From an uncultured Chloroflexia bacterium (GTDB lineage Bacteria; Chloroflexota; Anaerolineae; Anaerolineales; Anaerolineaceae): 32,000 nt of DNA. The notes beneath the pieces are model-generated. The model saw nothing but the letters and a program-made list of their open reading frames with translations, made no database searches and was not told the origin of the DNA. A program made the translations under genes and the position numbers. Shown one piece after another: positions 27,195 to 32,000 of this stretch (position 1 is the first letter of the stretch; the number at the start of each line of letters is the position of its first letter). Where the stretch lies: assembly GCA_963704755.1 (NCBI GenBank), contig OY969938.1:810001-842000 (forward strand), written 5' to 3'.

Positions 27195-27286
27195 AGAAGA
27201 GAATAGAGAGTAGAGATTAGTTTTCGCCTTCCCTACTTTCCATCCTCTTCTTACTATTCTCTATTTTCTACTCTCTAATCTCTTTT
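27195..27286. repeat. purine-rich / pyrimidine-rich inverted repeat forming a hairpin of about 23-26 bp; likely bidirectional terminator; same family as 15288..15594
   Basis: 27198..27220 (AGAGAATAGAGAGTAGAGATTAG) pairs with 27261..27283 (CTATTTTCTACTCTCTAATCTCT): 20 Watson-Crick pairs plus 1 G-T out of 23. T-rich flanks on both strands. It lies exactly between the convergent SLT stop (27192) and pdhC stop (27288). Confidence 0.85.
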
Positions 27287-27287
27287 C

Positions 27288-28585
27288 TTACACCAGCAGC
27301 CGCAACGGATTCTCGATGTACTCCGCCAGCACCTGCATAAAGCGGGCAGCTTCGGCGCCATCGGTGACGCGGTGATCGGCCGAGATAGTGGCCTTGAACC
27401 GGCTGCCCACCTTGACCTGGCCGTCATCGACGACCGGTACCTGTTTGATCGAGCCAACCGCCAGGATGGCGGCTTCGGGCGGGTTGATGATGGCGATGAA
27501 CTCATCCACATCATACATGCCCAGGTTGCTGATCGAAAACGTGGAGCCTTCGATATCGTCGGTGCGCACTTTGCCGGTCCGGGCCCGCGCAACCATACCC
27601 TTGATCTCCTGTGAGATCAGTCTTACCGGTTTTTGATCGGCGTCTTTGCTCACCACGGTCATCAGGCCGCTGTCCAGGGCCACCGCCACACCTACGTTGA
27701 CATGCCCATGCCGGACGATTTCGCTGCCGGCCAGCGAAGCGTTGATATTCGGGAACTGCCGCAAGGTCAACGCGACCGCTTTGACGATCAAGTCGTTGAC
27801 AGAAATCTTTTGATCATCCGGCAGCAGCCCGTTAATCTGTTTGCGCAAATTCATCAACGCCTCAGCTTTATATTCGTGCGAAACGTAGAAGTGAGGCAGT
27901 TGCGTCTTCGGATTCGGTCATCCGTTTAGCGATGATCGCGCGCAGTTTCTCGACCGGTGCGCGTTGATCCGCCGGCGCCTGTGCGCCGGGGGCCCAGGCT
28001 ATTGGGCTGACCGGAACGACCGGGCTGGCCTTTTCTGCCGCCAGCGCCGGTTGTGCCGCTGCGGCTGCCGGAAGAGCCGGGCCGGCCGCCAGGGCTTTTT
28101 CCACATCGCGCTTGATCACCCGCCCTTCCGGGCCGCTCCCGCTGATCTCGGCCGAAACTCAGGCCGTTTTCCTCGGCAATCCGTTTAGCCAGGGGGGAAG
28201 CTTTGATGCGGCCATCCGTCGGCTCTGCGACCGGTGTGACCGCCGGAGGAGCCGCCTCGGCCGTTTTGCTTTCAACGGTTGCGGGAGCCGCTTGCTCGGA
28301 TTTCTTTTCGGCCTGGTTCGTTTCCGGCAGGTCTTTGACTTCTTCGCCAGGAGCAGCAATCACTGCAATCGCCGTCCCAACCGGTACGACCGTTCCTTCA
28401 TCCACCAGGTGGCGGTTGACCAGCCCGCTTGCGCTCAATTCAACCTCAACGGTAGCCTTATCGGTTTCAATTTCTGCCAGCACCTGGCCTTTTTCGATCG
28501 ATTCGCCTTCGCCGACCACCCATCGCACCAGGGTGCCTTCGGCCATGTCAAATCCCAATTTAGGCATGGAGATAACTTCGGCCAT
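27288..28585 (-). pseudogene. pdhC: dihydrolipoamide acetyltransferase (E2), frame broken twice by single extra bases (possibly assembly artefacts)
   Basis: The gene is split over three track ORFs. The lipoyl domain EIETDKATVEV is in ORF 27926..28585. The E3-binding domain and linker (ISGSGPEGRVIKRDVE) are in the frame of ORF 27868..28119. The catalytic domain, with DHRVTDGAEAARF, is in ORF 27288..27857. The start overlaps the pdhB stop (TAATG). Confidence 0.88.
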
Positions 28586-29556
28586 TAAAGCACCTCCTTG
28601 ACTGCTTTAATCACATCCTCGACCTGGGGCAATGCCATCTGCTCCAGTGTCCGGTTATAAGGCAAGGGAACCTCCTTTTGCGCTACGCGCTTTATTGGGG
28701 CGTCCACGTAATCAAAGGCTTCTTCATAAATCCGGGTCGATATTTCCGAGCCAACGCCAAAGGAGCGCCAGCCCTCTTCGACAATGACTGCCCGGTTCGT
28801 CTTCTTGAACAACTCGAGCACAGGGCCCATATCGAGCGGGCGCAAAGTGCGCAAATCGACAATTTCTGCTTCAATACCCTCTTTGGCCAATTCATCGGCG
28901 GCTTTGGTGGAGGTTTCCAACATTTTACTGTAGGTCACAATCGTCACATCTTTGCCCGGCCGTTGGATGGTCGATTTGCCGATCGGGACGATATAATCGC
29001 CGTCCGGCACTTCGCCACGGGTCTGGTACAGGGTTGCGTGTTCGATGAATAAAACCGGGTTATTGCTTCGAATCGCAGCCTTGAGCAGCCCTTTGGCATC
29101 CGCCGGCGTACCCGGGGCGACCACTGTCAGCCCAGGAAAATGAGCGAAAATTGCGTCCGGGGTCTGCGAATGGGTTGCAGCGAGCTGTCGCCCGCCGCCG
29201 CTAACCGTGCGGATTACCAACGGCACAGTCATTTTTCCATTGAACATGTAGTGCAGTTTGGCGGCCTGGTTGACGATGTGGTCCATAGCCGAAAAAGCAA
29301 AGTTTATCGTCATCAACTCGGCCACCGGCCGTAACCCGGTCAGCGAAGCCCCCACCGCGGCCCCTACGATGGCCGCCTCCGAAATTGGGGTATCCCGGAC
29401 ACGTTCCGGGCCAAAATGATCGTAGAAACCCCGTGTGACGGCGTATGTACCGCCCCACACACCTACTTCTTCACCAAGGATAAAAACATCCGGGTTACTT
29501 TCCATCTCTTCCCATAAAGCCTGGGAAATTGCTTCTCGCATTGTAATTCGCGCCAT
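28585..29556 (-). CDS. pdhB: pyruvate/2-oxoacid dehydrogenase E1 component beta subunit
   Basis: 323 aa. Begins MREAISQALWEEM..N..VF.LGEEVG.....Y.VT.G, a transketolase-like pyrimidine-binding domain plus C-terminal domain. Confidence 0.92.
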   Translation of the reverse strand: MARITMREAISQALWEEMESNPDVFILGEEVGVWGGTYAVTRGFYDHFGPERVRDTPISEAAIVGAAVGASLTGLRPVAELMTINFAFSAMDHIVNQAAKLHYMFNGKMTVPLVIRTVSGGGRQLAATHSQTPDAIFAHFPGLTVVAPGTPADAKGLLKAAIRSNNPVLFIEHATLYQTRGEVPDGDYIVPIGKSTIQRPGKDVTIVTYSKMLETSTKAADELAKEGIEAEIVDLRTLRPLDMGPVLELFKKTNRAVIVEEGWRSFGVGSEISTRIYEEAFDYVDAPIKRVAQKEVPLPYNRTLEQMALPQVEDVIKAVKEVL

Positions 29557-29573
29557 TGTTGCTACCTCAGTGA

Positions 29574-30533
29574 TTATTCTTCGACGTAAATATTGGCGAA
29601 CAGCTCTTCTGCAGCCGGCTCTGGGCTGGACTCGGCGAAAGCGATAGCCTCTTCGACTTCACTTTCGGCCAGGGTAGCCTGTTCTTCCAGTTCGGCTTCC
29701 GTTGCGTACTTGTTTTCGGTCAGGTAGCGATGAAATATTCCAATCGGGTCGTTTTCCTGGTACCGGTGGACTTCTTCTGAGGTCCGGTAACGTTCAGGGT
29801 CGCCCATTGAATGACCTCGAAAACGGTAGGTATGAGCTTCCAGGAATTGAGGGCCGCTGCCAGAGCGTACTTCCTCGATCATTTTGGCAGCGATTTCGTG
29901 GACTTTCATGATGTCCATACCGTCCACTTCATCGTTCTTCATTCCGTAGCCATCCGCCTTCTGGCGGATTTCGGAAACTGCCGAAGCCCGGTCGACTGCT
30001 GTACCCATTCCGTAATGATTGTTTTCGCAAACCCACAAGACCGGCAGGTTCCAGACCTTGGACAGGTTGACGGCCTCGTGGAAATAGCCGATGTTGGTAG
30101 CCCCATCACCGAACATGCAGATTGTCACAGCCGGGTTATGGCGATAGGCATCCCCCAGGGCCAATCCCGCTGCAATCGGTAAATGCGACCCGACGATCGC
30201 GTGTCCACCCCAAAAATTCTTGGAAGGATCGGCCATGTGCATCGATCCGCCTTTTCCGCCTGTGGCCCCAGTCGATTTTCCTAATAATTCGGAAACGACT
30301 TCTTTGGCGCTCAAACCGCAATTAATCGCAACCCCGTGATCTCGATAAGCTGTGATGACCCGGTCCTCCGGCTTGCGGGCCGAGATAAGCCCGGTGCTGA
30401 CAGCTTCTTGTCCGATATATAAATGTAAAAAGCCTCCGATTTTTCCCTGTTGGTAGAGTTCTGCTGCGCGCTCTTCCAGGTGGCGAATAACGACCATTTG
30501 ATGAAACAAGTTAATGTATTCGCTCTTCTGCAT
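29574..30533 (-). CDS. pdhA: pyruvate/2-oxoacid dehydrogenase E1 component alpha subunit
   Basis: TPP motif GDGATNIGYFHEAVNLSKVWNLPVLWVCENNHYGMGT. The ATG at 30533 has AAGGAGG 10 nt upstream and is preferred over the track start at 30608. Confidence 0.9.
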   Translation of the reverse strand: MQKSEYINLFHQMVVIRHLEERAAELYQQGKIGGFLHLYIGQEAVSTGLISARKPEDRVITAYRDHGVAINCGLSAKEVVSELLGKSTGATGGKGGSMHMADPSKNFWGGHAIVGSHLPIAAGLALGDAYRHNPAVTICMFGDGATNIGYFHEAVNLSKVWNLPVLWVCENNHYGMGTAVDRASAVSEIRQKADGYGMKNDEVDGMDIMKVHEIAAKMIEEVRSGSGPQFLEAHTYRFRGHSMGDPERYRTSEEVHRYQENDPIGIFHRYLTENKYATEAELEEQATLAESEVEEAIAFAESSPEPAAEELFANIYVEE

Positions 30534-30618
30534 GGATGAAAATCCTCCTTGAGATGATGATTGATCAGTCCGAAGGCCTTGATAAATCATCGTGATTATT
30601 TCTATCACTTTTCTCGGA

Positions 30619-30648
30619 AATTATACCAAAAACGAGATAGCCCGTCGA
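30619..30648 (-). promoter_or_regulatory. candidate pdh promoter TTCGAC-18 nt-TATAAT with an extended -10 (TGGTATAAT)
   Basis: Minus-strand reading: -35 at 30648..30643 and TGGTATAAT at 30627..30619. It gives a leader of about 80 nt containing a 12-bp imperfect hairpin just before the SD. Confidence 0.45.
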
Positions 30649-30808
30649 ATTTAGGCACCGCCCTTCGTCACCTGGAAGGATAACACACCCCCACACTCTT
30701 TCGGGTGATTTTATCCCGCCGATTGTCATCCGCAGGGCAATCCCATCTCTTTGATTTTACTGGCAATTCAAAAAAGCATTGTAACTACTCGGCCACGGGT
30801 TAAAGTGT

Positions 30809-30865
30809 TCCCGAATTTGAGGTGTTTGTAGGGGCAAAGCCCCCGCAAACACCTCAAATTCGGGA
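30809..30865. repeat. palindromic element: 27-position stem with a 2-nt internal mismatch around a GCAAAGC centre, followed by T5
   Basis: 30809..30835 pairs with 30839..30865 (mismatches at 30829/30830). GCAAAGC lies at 30834..30840. The arms read TCCCGAATTTGAGGTGTTTG. Confidence 0.92.
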
Positions 30866-31176
30866 TTTTTACTCTGTAGGCTGAGCAGATACAAAGCATA
30901 ATAACTGCCTGTTCGGTAGTTAGAAACAGGTTTCGAGTTCTATGCGCATCCCCCGGCACCGCAATTACTTAGAATTGGGGGACACTGCGTGTTAACCGGA
31001 CTAATTCAAAAGATGGTCCTGTACTGGTTTGTAAATCGCAAGGTTTTCCGGCCAGAATTTACGGTAGTTTTATTTCAACCCGGCAACTTGTGCAATAAAA
31101 TACAAAAGGTATTTACCCTGCACGCCAGACGGCCCAATATCCCTTAATTATTATCGCAAAGGAGAACGTCATCGTA

Positions 31177-31584
31177 ATGAACATTGTCACCTGGGGCCCA
31201 CAATATTCGGTTGGGGTAGGAAAGTTCGACAAGCAGCATCAAGTCTTATTCGATATCATCAATGAATTATTTTCGGCCATGAGTGAAGGCAAAGGCCAAA
31301 CCGAGCTGGCCGAAGTCCTCAACCGCTTGATCAATTACACCAAAACCCACTTTGCAGCGGAAGAGCTTTTGATGCAAACGTACCAATATCCTGAATATCC
31401 CGGCCACCTTGTTCAACACCAGGAATTAACCAATCAGGTCCTCGATTTTCAGCAGCAGTATCAGGAAGGCAAAATCGGCCTGAGCCTGCCGATGATCCAA
31501 TTCCTGAAATCCTGGCTGACCAACCACATCCTGGTCGAGGACAAGAAATATTCTTCCTTCTTTGAATCGAAGGGCATTCAATAA
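31177..31584 (+). CDS. bacteriohemerythrin
   Basis: 135 aa. W...YSVGV..FD.QH..LF..IN, H-x3-E in THFAAEE, and WL.NHI...D..Y are typical diiron ligand spacing. Confidence 0.85.
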   Translation: MNIVTWGPQYSVGVGKFDKQHQVLFDIINELFSAMSEGKGQTELAEVLNRLINYTKTHFAAEELLMQTYQYPEYPGHLVQHQELTNQVLDFQQQYQEGKIGLSLPMIQFLKSWLTNHILVEDKKYSSFFESKGIQ

Positions 31585-31595
31585 TTCGAACATGT

Positions 31596-31662
31596 ATTAT
31601 GGGGTGTTATATTAATTTGCGCGTTGCAAAGCAACGCGCAAATTAATATAACACCCCATAAT
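31596..31662. repeat. perfect 32-bp palindrome with an AAA loop inside GCAAAGC
   Basis: 31596..31627 pairs with 31631..31662 with no mismatch. The arm begins ATTATGGGGTGTTATATT. It lies between the convergent hemerythrin and MarR genes. Confidence 0.95.
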
Positions 31663-31663
31663 T

Positions 31664-32000
31664 TTATTTGCCTGTACCTATCACCGGCAAAGACCTGGCG
31701 AGCCGCTGCAGGCTATCATGAAGTTCCAGCAGGTCTTCTTCGGCCCAGCCGGCCAGGGCTTCGCTCATCAGAATACGCCGGGCGTCGACTAATTTTTCCG
31801 CCATCGCTTTGCCCCGGTCGCTCAACCGGATTTCCCTGACCCGCCGGTCCGCGGCAGGCGCCGCGCTAAGAACCAGGCTGTCAGCCTCCAATTTATCCAC
31901 CTGGCGGCTGACAGTGGAATGATCGCGGCCGAGCTGGTCAGCCAGCTCGACCAGGCCAATTTTTTGTTGGAGCCCTACGCGCATAATTATTGGGAACAAG
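31664..32000 (-). CDS. MarR-family transcriptional regulator, C-terminal part (N-terminus runs off the right edge)
   Basis: wHTH pattern VELADQLGRDHSTVSRQVDKLEADSLV.......DRR......S..G. The frame is still open at the window edge, and about 40 N-terminal residues typical of MarR are missing. Confidence 0.75.
   Translation of the reverse strand, partial: LFPIIMRVGLQQKIGLVELADQLGRDHSTVSRQVDKLEADSLVLSAAPAADRRVREIRLSDRGKAMAEKLVDARRILMSEALAGWAEEDLLELHDSLQRLARSLPVIGTGK

Noticed and set aside
30768-30959. 63-aa minus-strand ORF
   Set aside because: It runs straight through the 57-nt palindrome at 30809..30865, and it has no RBS or motif.

Overview
Coding-dense, GC-rich bacterial chromosomal segment with about 27 protein genes. 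I see no rRNA or tRNA genes, no CRISPR array, and no transposase, integrase or phage genes. The content is mostly housekeeping and cell-envelope functions:
- an FHA-wHTH regulator with a tail-anchored Ser/Thr kinase
- an AAA ATPase-GdpD-GH3 gene string
- a GT2 glycosyltransferase
- alr-recJ, tgt and uppP
- a TtuB/TtuA-like tRNA thiolation pair
- an EamA transporter
- recA followed by an NBR1-like lipoprotein and a C39-like peptidase
- adoK-ahcY
- a TPR-SLT lytic transglycosylase
- pdhABC, a hemerythrin and a MarR regulator

PT-rich linkers, lipobox signals, leaderless-looking promoters and the gene set suggest a Chloroflexota (Anaerolineae-like) genome. That is inference only.

I do not see a convincing new multi-gene system (defence, secretion or biosynthetic cluster). 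What stands out instead:
1. A family of long, near-perfect palindromes with a GC[G/A]AAGC centre in four intergenic regions, plus one probable relic.
2. A second inverted-repeat family with purine-rich and pyrimidine-rich arms (AAGAGAATAGAG...CTCTAATCTCT) at two sites, plus a related 75-bp tandem array.
3. Four single-base insertions in short base runs that break recJ, the SLT gene and pdhC (twice). Assembly error is the simplest explanation.
4. An AT-rich island of about 2.1 kb next to recA, carrying a polytopic membrane protein with a K-channel-like pore loop.
5. A Cheo-box-like SOS operator inside a near-consensus recA promoter.

All protein calls rest on motif recognition in the supplied translations. 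No database search was possible.
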